Shown here one piece after another: positions 12,642 through 25,664 of a DNA stretch of 64,000 bases. The stretch covers positions 38,192,001 to 38,256,000 of the forward strand of contig OX597827.1 of NCBI GenBank assembly GCA_951406725.2, in the 5' to 3' direction. Source of the DNA: Octopus vulgaris. Taxonomy: Eukaryota. Numbering within the stretch: the stretch's first letter is position 1; every line of letters begins with the position of its first letter. The translations under genes and the position numbers were made by a program. The notes under the pieces were generated by a model that saw only the letters and a list, made by a program, of their open reading frames with translations, searched no databases and was not told where the DNA came from.

Positions 12642-12965
12642 CAGTGGTTCTCAACCGGGGTCCATATAAGATTTTTGGGGGTCTGCATAACAAAATAGCA
12701 AATTAGGGACCCGCAATTGTATTTTAAGGCACCCTGAAAAAAGTTTTGCTTTAGATTATGTATTGGTATGTATTGCAAGAAACAGCTAGGTTTCGTTCTC
12801 CAGCATTTTACATAATTCAAACTACACAATGTGTGTAAAACAAACTAGGAACTTTTTAAGAAGTTTCTGTAAAACTAGTTTATAAACATCAAATGGAAAT
12901 GGGGGTCCACCATAAAAAATAGTAATGAAAGGGGCCCATAGAAAAACAGTGGTTGAGAACCCTTG
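12642..12965. mobile_element. hAT (Charlie-like) MITE
   Basis: TIRs CAGTGGTTCTCAACC / GGTTGAGAACCCTTG; 8-bp TSD atgtaaac/atctaaac. Confidence 0.85.
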
Positions 12966-13694
12966 ATCTAAACAATAATATAACTTCTCATAACATACGA
13001 ACTTATTCAAATTCCTTCACTTCGCATTAGAATTGTCTGACATAAGTAAGTGGAGGAACAGTAGGATTGTCTGATGTTAATGGGCGGGGAGTAGGTTTTG
13101 CGTGACATGTGAGTACAGTGTTTGTCTCACATTGGTAGAAAGTCGGACATTTATAGAGGGCGAACATTAATCAATGAATGTTACTTCGCTTAACGACCCT
13201 GGAATAATGAAATACGAGCTGGTCTCGGTGGGATTTAATCGTGACTGTTGGACATTTAAATTGAAAGAGAAAGAATCAAATGTCCGTAGCCCTAAACTCT
13301 TATTTAGAAGTCAAGGATGAGGAAAGCCTTGGGAGGTAGATTGTTCTCCAGAAGATACTTTTTCTGTTTGTGGATTGTTTAAACGTTAGACATTGTCCAA
13401 CCCTCCATAGCTTCTCTTACCTCACTAATAACAACATTTGATATTGGTAGAAATTTTTACGGCTATAAAAGAAAAATAAGAAGTAGTGGCGATCAAGCAG
13501 GCATGAGTGTAGGACAAAATTCTCCTAAGGAAAAAACCCCCATGAGGACAACCCTAGCCCCGCAGGACAAAACTGCTAGAAAAAAAACCCTGAGGACAAA
13601 ACCCACCTAATATAAAAAAATAAGCAATTTTTAAATCAAAGTTTTTATTCTTATTATTTGTTGCATGTAAACACTTTTCTGAGATTTAAGATAT

Positions 13695-16037
13695 TGTACG
13701 AGTAATTAGCTTTACAAGCCGAGACACGTGCGAATTTTTGTCTTGAAGTACGAGCGAAAATCCGCAGTACAAGCAAGTTCATAAAGCGACCGCTAGTCGG
13801 CGCTGAGCTCGCACACGCTCTCCCAACAAACGCAGTCTCCGTTTGTTTAGTTCAGGTATTTATTTCGTTTTGTGGCAGTTTCCCTGTTGTGTTTTACCCA
13901 GTGTTTTTGTTTAGTTTTGTGGATTTGTTACTATTATTTCATAATAATTAGTTGTGTTAGCCACGGGTCCTACGAAGGTTAGGAGGACGGTGTTGAAAAG
14001 AAAAATCTGATTACGATAGAATTTAAGAACGAAATCATAGACAAGCATGAGAGAGAAGTGATTGTAGTGGACATAGCACATCAATACGATCGAAGCACAT
14101 CAATACGATCTGCACCATCCTGAAGAAAAAGGACGAGATCAAGGCCGTTACAACAGCAAAGGGTGTCTCCAGGCTCTCTAAGTAACGCACATCTATCCAC
14201 GAAAGGACGGAAAAATTGCTTCTCCTGAAGTAACTCGCAGGGGATACAATTACGAAGACCATCATCTGCGAGAAAGCACGAGCGCTGTATGGGGAACTCC
14301 TAAAGTAGAACTTTGGAGCATCGACGGAGAAGACATCAACGGATATATTTAAGGCCAGTCGCGGCTGGTTTGATAATTTCAAGAAGAGAACTGGTGTTCA
14401 TAGCGTCGTCAGACAAGGAGAAGCGGTGAGTTCTGACAAGAAGGCAGCTGAAGATTTCGTGCGTGAATTCCGTCAGCTCATCGCAGCCGAGGGGTACGTC
14501 ACACAACAGGTATTCAACTGTGATGAAACTGGCCTTTTTTGGAAAAAAATGCCCAGAAGAATCTACATAACTGCAGAGGAGAAGAAAATGCCTGGCCATA
14601 AGCCTATGAAAGATAGGCTAACTCTCGTTCTTTGTTCCAATGCAAATAAAGACTTGAAGATTAAGCTGCTCCTTGCCTACCATTCCGAAAACCCACAAGC
14701 GTTCAAGTAACACAGTTTCCTGAAGGAGAAGCTGCAGGTCATGTGGAGGGCAAATGTTAAATCCTGGGTCACCAAGTAATTCTTCTCCGAGTGGCCCACT
14801 TTGTCTTCGGACCAGCAGTGAAAAAGTATCTTCTGGAGAACAATCTACCTCCCAAGGCTTTCCTCATCCTTGACAATGCTCCTGCTCATCCTCCTAATCT
14901 CGAAGATATCCTGGACGAATTTAAATTGAAAAAGAAAATTCTGTACCATTTGCGCAACACCACCCATATCTTGCAGCCCATGGACCAACGGGTGATTTCT
15001 TATTTTAAGAAATTGTACATCAAACACCTGTTACATCGGTGCTCTGAAGTCACCGAAAATACAAATCGTGAGTTTTGGAAGGTGCACTACAACATTGTAA
15101 ACTGCTTGAAAATCATCGATATGACCTGGCAGAGTGTTACTAGGAGAACACTGAATTCTGCATGGAGGAAACTGTGGTCTAGCTACGTATCCGAAAGAGA
15201 CTTCGAGGGGTTTGAGTCTGAGATACCTCTAGTCGAGGAGATAGTGTCTCTTGGTTAGTCTATGGGCTACGAGGTTGATGTTGGGGACATTAACAATCTC
15301 GTCGAGGAATACTCAGAGGAGTTGACGACAAATGAACCCCTGCAGCTTCAGGACCAGCAGCATTTGGATGCGGTAGAAGAGATTGGTTCCCTGGAAGAGG
15401 ACAGAGTAGCGGAGAATGCTATCTCAACGATTGACATAAAGGCAGTGGCAGTATGTTTCTGAATTTGAAGAAAAATATCGTCCTGAAAAAGTAGCTACAG
15501 GTCGTGCTGCTGCTGAATTTAATGACACTGCTCTGGCGCATTTTCATAAAATTTTGAAAGGCAGGAAGTAGCAGACTTCTCTTGATATGTTTCTAATGAA
15601 ACAACATGCAAGCGTAAAAATGAAAGAAAGTGTCGAAAAAGCCTAAATTAAGCGAAGTGAGAGAGAAAACGCTAGAAATTGTTTTTCCTGAAGTCTTAAA
15701 CTCCTTCAAAACAGTATTCCCCTTCCAAACAGTAATCCTCCTCCCTGCTCTATCGTCTTCCTCACGCACAAATCGTCTAATCTTTAATTTTGTCAATAAA
15801 ACCAGTTTACATATTTCTTTTGCATTCTCTTTTTCTATAATTGTCATTTTACTTGTAACCACACCGTTTCTGTTTTGAAACCCATAAATAATAATTTTGG
15901 GGTTGTTTGCGGGTGGGTGGAACGGATTAATTATATTTTAGTTAATTTTAATGCGGAAAATTGATTCGTAAAACGAGTAAATTGTAAAACGAACTCAGTC
16001 ATGGAACGAATTAAAGTCATCTTGCAAGGAATCACTG
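13695..16037 (+). pseudogene. Decayed Tigger/pogo DNA transposon with fragmented transposase
   Basis: Fragments FKASRGWFDNFKKR, QQVFNCDETGLFWKKMP, LILDNAPAHP, LQPMDQ (CENP-B HTH + DDE_1) with stops and frameshifts; right end ...ggaatcactg|TA; left TIR not seen. Confidence 0.9.
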
Positions 16038-17019
16038 TATTTATATAATAATCTCAATCACAAAAATGAGCATGAAAACATCCTACTGTATCTTTGAAAA
16101 CTAAAAAGACACACAATATTGAAAGCCTCATTTCGTATTGAAATGCAGCACGGAATTTTGTCAGTGAACAGGTCGCGGATTCAAAGCGACGAAAATATCT
16201 TGACAAATTAAATTTAAATGTTGAAGTGAGTCTAACGGTTTTTGTATGTTCTTTGCACGCTGCAATTGGTTCATTTAAAGTACCTTTTAATATAACCTGA
16301 TGCTGTGCCCCACGCCATTCAGAAATTTCTCCATAGTCTTCCTTTCATTTACATTGTCCACACGCTGTTGATGCTCATTTGTAACATGTCTGACATGTTT
16401 TCTTTTCGTACTATAAAATTAAATCTCGAATGAATAATTACTATTTAAGAACTTCTTTTTAGTCACAGCACGATTTTAAGCCATTCTTTCATATTTATTG
16501 TATTTTCTTTTCAATATAAAATTCACATAAAATACGTTGGAAAATTGCTTGTTCCATATTTTCTCATGATTACATTAGTAATAAATTACTTCACTTATAT
16601 TTTTTCTTCTAGTTTTAATAGTATTAAAGTTCAAAAAGCGAAAAATATGGCAGTTTTTTTCTGGACTACTATATATATATATATATAATATAAATAATAT
16701 GTATATATACATACATACGTGTACATAGTTACATATATATGTATATACACATGAATATCTGGGTACAGGACGTCAAAAGACGTAAGCAACATGAAACACG
16801 AGAACATAAAATACAAAAACATGAAAAACGAACATTTTTTTTGCTAGAGGAGAACGATGACCTTTCCTCGCATATACTAATCGGACAAAGAGTGTGTGTC
16901 GTTAGCCAGCTGGAGATGTCTTCCTGGGGCTATAAACGTCAGTAGCATTGTCTTGTATAGGATACGACACTTAGTTGGCAGTTATGTTACGATATATATA
17001 TATATTTCATAACAAAGAC

Positions 17020-17190
17020 ACACATATACGACGAGTTTCTTTCAGTTTCCGTCTAGCAAATCTACTCACAAGGGTTTGGACGGCCGAGGCTATAGTAGAA
17101 GACACTTGCCCAAGGTACCATGCAGTGGGACTGAACTTGGAACCGTGTGGTTGGGAAGCTAGTTTCTTACCACAGCCATTCCTGCGCCTA
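17020..17190 (-). mobile_element. tRNA-headed SINE, 5' half
   Basis: Reverse complement of the head and core of the major SINE family. Confidence 0.75.
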
Positions 17191-17778
17191 TCTATAACGG
17201 TTAGTAATTTATCCTTGTAGCAAATTACTTTGGGAATTTTATGACCAGCAAACTTCTCGTTTGTTAGTTATTTTTGTTCTTGTTTTGAGAAGAAAACCTA
17301 TTTTTTACAGATCGATTGTGAAGCACTATTTTTTAAACCTGAGAAAAATAAGTGGGTGGGCACGGCCAACCGGCACTTCCTGTTGACTATCCCAGTTTCG
17401 CTAATATCTTCAAGGTAGTGCCTCAGCATGGTTACGGTCCAATGACTGAAACAAATAACCTTTTGTTGTTGTTTCTTCCTGTGATAAAAATATATCCGAA
17501 AGTTCTTTTGACGCAAATAACAAAAGGTTGACCACGTGGGGATATTTGACCTTTGTGCTAATTTATTTAGATTGTTTGCCGTTGTGTGTGTATGTGCGCA
17601 CGTGTAAAAAAGAAAGGAAGGAAGAAAGAAGTGTAAGGGAGAAAACTAATAAGGATAAATTAGAAGGGAAACAACTTTACAAAATTAAATTTAATTCTCC
17701 GTTGAATAGAGAAAAGGCATTGAATTACTAAACTCGTTAGAGCATCCGAAAAAATTGCTTTGCAATATTTTCGGTAGG

Positions 17779-18585
17779 GGATCTTTTCGGTTTGAACGGC
17801 AGTTTTTCTAGCGGTGTCATATGAAATTGTCACCCATAATTATGACCCTAGTATCGATCTATTGCATTTCAATCTGGTTTAGGGTTAGGGGTAGAAAAAA
17901 ATCCCATTTTCCGTAGCGGTGTCGTATGAAATTGTCACCCATAATTATAACCCTTGTATTGATCTATTGCATTTCAATCTGTTTTAGGGTTAGGGTTAGG
18001 GGTGGGGGAAGGGTATCTTTTTTTCTTCGCAAATGTAAATAAACCCAATCTGTTTCTTAAAGGAGGGACATATTCATACAGCATGGAATGTTGTTTACCT
18101 AAATGGAGGTTAGCGATTGGTTAAAATTGCCGAAATGCTCGATTTTAAAGTGGAAATATCTTACAAACTATAGAATTTTCTCAATAAAGCCAAGAAAAAA
18201 TTATGTTTTATAAACACATTCTACCAGTATACGAAGTTTAAAAGTGTTTAGTTAACTAGAAATTGTGTTAAAAACTGCCGTTCAAAAGGAAAAGATCCGG
18301 GTATCTTTTTCGTTCACAAATGTAAATAAACCCAATCTGTTTCTTAAACGAGGGACATATTCATACGGCACAGAATGTTTTCACCTCAATAGACGTCATT
18401 GATTGGTTGAAATTGCAGAAATTGAAGAAAAAAACAACAGATATCTTACAAACTACAAAATGTTCTCAATAAAACCAAGCGAAAAAGATTATTTATAAAC
18501 ACATTCTACCAGTATACGAAGTTTAAAAGTGTTTCGATACGTGGAAATTATTTTTAAAAAACTGCCGTTCAAACCGAAAAGATTC
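17779..18585 (+). mobile_element. Self-nested pair of TTAGGG-containing MITEs
   Basis: Order is left TIR + part A (17779-17890), part A + part B + right TIR (to 18298), then part B + right TIR (18299-18585). Confidence 0.75.
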
Positions 18586-19094
18586 AACACATTTGTGTAG
18601 GTATGCCGGGAGGAGTATTTAGTTGCTATTTCTAGCAGATTGAGCAACCACGTATAAGCTCCCCTTCGTTTGTTGTTAAACACAACTGAGATAAATCTCT
18701 GTTGAGACGTGCTAATTTCACGGTGTTATTAACAAAGTGACCCTCTCTAAATATTAATCCGAACACAAGACTTCTATTCGTACTATTTTGAAAGTAAATG
18801 CTGTGTAATCTTGTCAGAGAGAAGACCGCAATTTAAATTCTCGCCCATTTTCATCTTAGACTCTAGGCCCTAGAGCACCCCTCCCTCTACTCAGCTGCTT
18901 GACCTGCTAGAAATATCAGCTAAATCATATCTTTAAACTCATACTTTACCGTCTTAAAATAAGGAAGGTCACATCAAAGAATTTAATAGATACATTTACG
19001 CTTGAGAAAAAACGGGATAGTCGTGGTTGGAACACCTTTGATCGTAAATCTACTCGACTGATGTAGACCCGGGGATAAACAACCATTAGTATTG

Positions 19095-19290
19095 ATAGTG
19101 GATAAAGGTACTGAAATGCAGCGCAATCACCTAGAGGTTATGAGTTCAATCCTAGGCAAGGCACTAAGGTGAGTCACAAGACACCTGAAGAAAACTGGAG
19201 CGTAGAACAGCCGAAACGTAGGGAAAAGCAACCACCAAGATGAAAATGCCACTCTGACTAATACATTATATGGAAATATTTATATTATTA
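19095..19290 (+). mobile_element. Older tRNA-headed short element with hammerhead-like motif
   Basis: tagtggataaag...gagttcaatcct head, then gacac CTGAAGA aaactg...cagcc GAAA CG TA; homologous to 36479-36965. Confidence 0.55.
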
Positions 19291-19800
19291 ATTCAGCTTT
19301 ACCTTTCATCCACCGGGTGCGATAAGATAAAAAGTACTATTAAAGTCGATGTAATTGACTAACCCCATCCTGCCTCCAATTAAAAAAAAAATGCTAGTGT
19401 TGCGCCTAACTCAGGAATCATTATTTGCAAAATAACTCAGAATTAATACTTTTTGGCATTTCCTGCAGTTGTGTAACTATCTAAACCAAAGATCGCCAAA
19501 ATCTACTTTAAAAATAATTATTTTTAAGTACTATTTTGTTTTCTTCTTTAAATATATATTTAAAAGGCAATTAAAGTACTTTATTTTTCTCATATTAAGT
19601 GAAACCTAGGTACGGGTAGTAGGGAGAGATTTTCCTTCGTTTATCTGTCTAATTGTTTATCGGCATCTACACAGAACATCTTTAGTTGGGGGAGTATTTT
19701 AGTGTGAACACAACTCTCCATGCAGTAGTAATTTGTGTCATTCGCGACCTGTCGGCTCCATCCATGCAACGGAGTAGCAGATAATAATTATTTTGTTTCA

Positions 19801-19935
19801 ATGTCATTACCGAAAGATGAAGAAAAGCTGAAAACGGAACCTGACCGTTTAACGAACTCAAACCATGCCAAGAAAAAAACTAAAGGCAGAGAATTCACCA
19901 GAGCCCACAATGAAGAAACTAACCCTTGTGTCAGA
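19801..19935 (+). CDS. CHCHD7: CHCHD7/COX23 coding exon 1 (MSLPKDEEK...ETNPCVR)
   Basis: ATG at 19801, NPC motif, donor AGA|GTAAGT phase 0; 45 codons. Confidence 0.85.
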
Positions 19936-20739
19936 GTAAGTTAATTAACTTCTCACAGTCAACTGTTGGTAACTAATTGTTTGCGCCTCTAAGTGGTTAC
20001 CCGACCTCCTAGAAATAACCATAAAATCTTGAAATCACCGACAACCGTCTTGAAAAAAGAGGGAGAGATACATTGGAAAATGTATATTCTATCATAGACT
20101 TGTTTGCTTACTCTGTCAGAATTGACTTTTGGCTAAACAATTGTAAACTTCAGTTATTTTAATTCTTCGTCTGGAATAGCGCTGATTTTTAAATGTGAAT
20201 CCACGAATGCACAGTCTCACAAAAAGAAAATTCTTATTATTCTATCCCTATGTAAACACTCATCTTAACTTATATTTTCAAAAAACATTTCAATTAGTTG
20301 ACTTTGCCGTTAATGTTATCCATTAAATCATCCTGTAATTGCGGGATAAGTAATTGATAAAATAGGAACAAGTATTAAGGACGTTTGATCTCGGTTGACC
20401 TTCAACCACTAGTCTTTTAATAAATAATCTTTATTATTGTTGTTGTTTCGAGCGGAGATACAACGGCACTGTTACTGAGGTTCTGGATGTATTACATAAT
20501 TGTAGGGTAAAGTTGGCACCGGGCGATCTTGAAGTAAAGCGTACCTCAGTAAAGAAACGAACTAGCTTTCATATTTCTTAAAGATTTCCATCAACAATTT
20601 ATTATTATTTTTACATTTGATGATGTCCTCTCGATCTGTAGTTTTCGGTGCAGTGAGATATTTTAGACAAATAGGGAATTAAGGAAATATTCGAAAGTTG
20701 TAAATGTCTATCATCCATGTGATAAGGCTGATAAGATGA

Positions 20740-20935
20740 CGAGCTGGCAGAATTGTTACCGCGCCAGTTAAAATGCTTAGCGGCATTTCATCCGGCTCTT
20801 TACCTTCTGAAATCAAATTTCGCCGAAGTCAACTTCGGTGTCGATAAGATGAAATATCAATGAAGTACTGAGGTCGATTTAATCATCTTCCCTTTCTCCC
20901 AAACTGGTGGCCTTTTACCAAAATTTGAAATCATT
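20740..20935 (+). mobile_element. Nin/Deu-like SINE
   Basis: gagctggcagaattgtt...cgccgaagtcaacttc...gtcgataag; same family as 430-600. Confidence 0.65.
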
Positions 20936-21011
20936 TAAGAAAGTTGTTTTATTAAGAAACAGTTTGTTTGCTCTCTCTCTCTGTCTCTGGCTCTCTCTCT
21001 CTCTCTATCTG

Positions 21012-21042
<31 letters not shown>

Positions 21043-23051
21043 CTTTATTTCTCATCATCATCTGTCACAAGTAAAGAACTTGGTGAAATTTCTTTATTGC
21101 AAGAGCATTCATTTGTGTAGCTGGCAAAAGTGATTACAAATTTTGTTTTATTCTCTTGGATCGCTATGTGTTTACCATTCTGTTTTCTGCTCAAATCTCA
21201 CTGGTTCATCTTTGCTTCCGACAGTCGAGAAAAACAAGTACCAGTTGTGCACGTGGTTGAAATAAATTCATTATTGGACGTGTTGTAATCGACAGAAAGT
21301 TAACAGCATCTACCTTATTTTACCTGTTTTGTTGTTTGTACTCTATTCAAATCCCATTAGAGTTAGCATTGAGCTTTGCCTTTTCACTTCAGCAGGGACT
21401 GGGATTAAATTCAGTTGATTATATCCCTCTTGGAAAAATTCAGGACATTGTATCAATGTTAGGTGTTATTTATTATTAGGTCAGGACTGACCTGGAACTA
21501 AACAACAGCAAAAACTTTACATATACATACCTCCTAGAACTTCAGCCCTCTGAATTTGTACATGATTTTCCTACAGATGTCAACCAACATATGTTCAAGT
21601 TAGGCCATATTGACTTCACTAATCTCAAAGAACCTCAAAAATATTATGGGTGCTGCACCCTTTTCTAACTCTAACAATCGAAAAAAGTTTTATACATACT
21701 CCACAGTTAGCAAAAGAGATCAAGACTGGTTTAGCAAAAGAGACCAATAAAATAGGTCTTGGGGTCGATTTGTTTGACTAAAAGGCAGTGCTCCAGCATG
21801 GCGACAGTCAAATAACTGAAACAAATAAAAGAATAGGTTCCTTGCAGTAGAATAAGAGAGGAAACTTCAGCAGAAAGATAGAAATGGAGAGAGTGGGTGA
21901 TGTAGTGGTGGATGTGTGTCAGGACATACCCTCAAGGTATTGTGAGTGGATGATTATAGGTGAAGTGATAACACTTCACATGGTGCCAACACAGTAGTTC
22001 TTTCACATGGTCCCTGCAAAGGTGTTCTGAGTGGTTGGGCAGGGAGAGAGGGAAAAAACTTCATAAAAATGTTAGGGGAAATTGTTAGATGAGATAGAGG
22101 TTGCTGTAGTAATAGAAAGTAAGAGATATAAGGATGGCTCAGGGGTTGGGGTGGGGTGGGAGAGATAGGGAGTGAAAGAGGTGTTAAGGGATGGAGTATT
22201 GTAGAGAGGTGAACGCATGGTTGGTGGATGATAATGAACAGAAGGTTTTTTTTTTTTTAAACCCTTTAATAATCAAATCACTTTGTCACGTGTAATGCTT
22301 ATCTATTTACATTGTTTCAAATTTATCCTGCATTATTTTGTAGCCTTGAAATTTCATTTATGTGATTATTTATTTTAGATTACCATTGTAGGGCAGATAT
22401 GAGAGGCTTGAACCTGGCCAGTTTTTGGCTGGATATGGTCAAGACATAATGTATATACTTTAGAGACCTCATCAGACCTACATGTACCTCATACACTCTA
22501 CCTATACTTCCCACAAGTCATTAGGTATCAACATTTACCCACCTCTTACTATTCACTACTCTCTCACTCCAATCATTCCTAGTACTGGTGCTATAATTAA
22601 ATACCCCTAGTAAACTCTGCAAAGTGGTTGGTGTTAGGGAAGGCATCTAGCTTGTTAAAGCAAACCAAAAATTGAACTTCAGTTCTCTAACCCATCTCAG
22701 AAAGCAGAAGAGTCTCATCCAGTATGGAAAACAAATATATAATGATGATGATAATGATGTTTCTAGGATTACATTACCAAATGAGTCCTTCTTTAAGATG
22801 ACTGGGTGTGATTTGATGGAGATTTGGCTGCTATGTCTTTCAAATGAAGCAACTATCGAGACTCTCTTTTTGGTTAACATTTACTTACCGATCCTAGGAT
22901 CAGACACAGGGGAATTGGGAAAGGTAGACTTAGTTAGAGCAGTGCAACAGTTGTTGTTCTTGTGCATTTATTTCTGGTTATTATGCATCTTGGTATTTTG
23001 TTTGGCTCTAAAGGGATATTTTATGCTTCTGTTATTTTTGTTTGTCTAAGT

Positions 23052-23545
23052 CAGTGCTTCTCAAAGGAAGGTATAACAACCCATTTGGGACTTTATAGAA
23101 AATTGAAAAATAAGCAAGATTGATACAGATGATGGGAGAAGAGTAAAAAATTGTCTCACCAGTGACATGTAAAACACACCTTTCAAGTGTTAGGCCTCAT
23201 GGAGGCGATGACAAATAACCAAGACCTTTCATAATATGCCATGCTTAAGAAGACAATCAAGCCAAGTGAAATCATAGTCGTGGCAGATACTGGTGTCACA
23301 CAACAGGCAGCTGTGCCGGTAGCACATTAAAGCACCCACTACACTCTTGGAGTGGTTGGCATTAGGAAGGGCATCCGGCCATAGAAACTATGCCAAAATA
23401 GACACATGGAGCTTTGTGCTGCACCCTGCCTTACTAGACCTGGTCAAACTGTCCAACCCATGCCAGCATGGACAATGGATAATGATGATAATATTACAAG
23501 CTGAAAAGAGGTATTTTAGCAAAAAATGGTTGTTGAGAACCACCA
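23052..23545. mobile_element. hAT MITE with nested RTE-tail retroposon
   Basis: CAGTGCTTCTCAA / TTGAGAACCACCA ends; TSD gtctaagt/gtctaagc; internal ggagtggttggcattaggaagggcatcc...(GAT)n. Confidence 0.7.
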
Positions 23546-23733
23546 GTCTAAGCTGAGCAGAAGAGACCTTGTTTGTGAATGTCTAAACTGAACGGAAATG
23601 TCTGTACAGTGTTGCATTAGTGTTATAGATTCTTCTATATCATTTTAAGCAAATATGTTTGGTTTAAAAACAAAACAAAGAAATAGCAATAATTCAGGTT
23701 TTAAATTCTTTCATATTTTTTTTACTTCTACAG

Positions 23734-23832
23734 GAATCTCTGATGTCCTTCAAATGTCTCGATGACAATGGCTATGTACGTGATAAATGTGAGAAATATT
23801 TTACCAACTATCGCAACTGTCGAGAATTTTGG
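23734..23832 (+). CDS. CHCHD7: CHCHD7/COX23 coding exon 2 (ESLMSFKCLDDNGYVRDKCEKYFTNYRNCREFW)
   Basis: Polypyrimidine tract + tacag|G and TGG|GTAAGT; completes the twin CX9C motif and the CxxFW signature of the COX23/CHCHD7 family. Confidence 0.92.
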
Positions 23833-25102
23833 GTAAGTTTCTATTTGGTAATTTATGATCAGATAATTTTTTCCAATGTCTGGTCAAAACATGTTTGAAA
23901 GTTTCCAAGCCAGTGGATAAGTTCTTTAGCATTTAAAACAGTCACATCTCACCCAAATATTTAACCTGTTTTAGTTTCAAACTGGACAGATCAAACCTCT
24001 CACACCTACCTTACAATGTTATTCTAAAAATAAACCCATCATCAAAATCTCAAGGCTATGAGATAATGCATGATTAATTCAAAACAATGTTAATAAATAA
24101 GTATCACATTTAACAGAATTATCTGAATATTAAGGGTCTAAAAAGTTACTGTTTTTTTTTTAATCCTAATGATGGAATCTCTACACATTTGCTCAAACTG
24201 CTAGGTAAATCTCCCTAAAATGATAACTGTTGTCAGTGGCATGCTTAGAATGTATGCTACATGGGCTAGTCCATGAGTTGTCTCCCCTCACACCTGCTGG
24301 GCCCCCAAGCCTATAAAGGCTTATATACAGCAAACCCAAATGTGTCAAGCCGATAAAAGTGTTGCTCAGTGTGGACTGCCACCTTAACCCCTTCTTGCTA
24401 AACCATTGGCTACTGTCTTAAAACAAGATGGACACATTGGATAATGCAGTTCTTGATAGGATGGTCATTACTGGAATAACTTTGAACACAGACAATGCTT
24501 TTGCAAATGATATTTGGTAGATGGAAACTGAAATAGACCACTGTGTGTATCACCATCACCCCCATCATCATCATCATTATTGTTTGAAAGTTCACTCTTC
24601 TATGGCAGCATAGGTCAGGTGAGAGATCAATAAGCAAAGTTTCCTTGACCAATTGCACTTCCTGATGCCAACTGTCACCATGTTTTGAAGCAAGGTAATA
24701 ATTTCCCAATCTGTTGAACAATAAACAGCCTGGATTGTTTTACGTGGAGAACTGGAAACAAACAACACGATAAGAGAAATAAAAACTCACTCACAGAAAT
24801 GAATGCATACGTACATACATTTATTTTATGTCTACCAAGTCCATACACAAAGCTTTTGTTGGACTGGGGCTGCAGTAGAAGGCACTTGCCCCAGATGCTG
24901 CTCAGTGGAATTGAAACTTAAATCACATAGCTGAAAAGTTAAATTCTTAACATCATAGCTTTGCCTATGACTATAATCTGTGTGCTTTGTGTGTGTGTGT
25001 ATACATACACAAAGCACATGCATGACTATTTGGCTACAGAGTTCACTTCATTCATAACCATTATCATCATCATCATCATTTAGCATCTGTTTTCCATGCT
25101 AG

Positions 25103-25524
25103 TGTAACAAATAGCCATTTTAGCTATTTTGAAATACGGTGTGAATTGGCAATATGACGTAATGTATTACCAAAGAATTATTTTTTTCGTTTTTTCCATT
25201 GGTTAATATAACTACTCATATAAGGATTCTAAAAAGTTACGTAAAGAATATTTGTAATGGATTTCGATTCTTTTAAGTCAAGTTGAGCAGTTATAAAAAC
25301 CCTGGATTTTGGGGAAAACTTTAGTGTTTGTTGGATGTAACTGAACTCCACGACACTCATCCCTTTGAGACATTGGTGACTTTCATGCCATGTCCAAAGA
25401 TAATCACAAGTCTATTTTGAATTGTTGATTAATCTATTAGTTAGATTTACGAATTAGCTAATGAATATATAGTCGTACTTCTACACAACAGAAATTATCT
25501 TTCCTTTCTAATGTAAATAATATA
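25103..25524 (+). mobile_element. Probable solo LTR (Gypsy-like)
   Basis: 422-bp insert starting TGTAAC with exact 4-bp TSD CTAG (25099-25102, 25525-25528) that splits a recognisable repeat; internal TATAAAA; the 3' end reads TATA rather than TACA. Confidence 0.6.
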
Positions 25525-25664
25525 CTAGCATAGGTTGGACGGTTTTACAGGAGCTGGCAAGCCAGAGGGCTGCACAGTGCTTCATTCATCTGTTTTGGCA
25601 TGGTTTCTACAGCTGGATGCCCTTCCTAACACCAGCCACTTTACAGAGTGTACTGGGTGCTTTT

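Noticed and set aside
17875-18005. Interstitial telomere or chromosome-fusion scar
   Set aside because: Only 2-3 TTAGGG units, which are an internal part of a MITE family.
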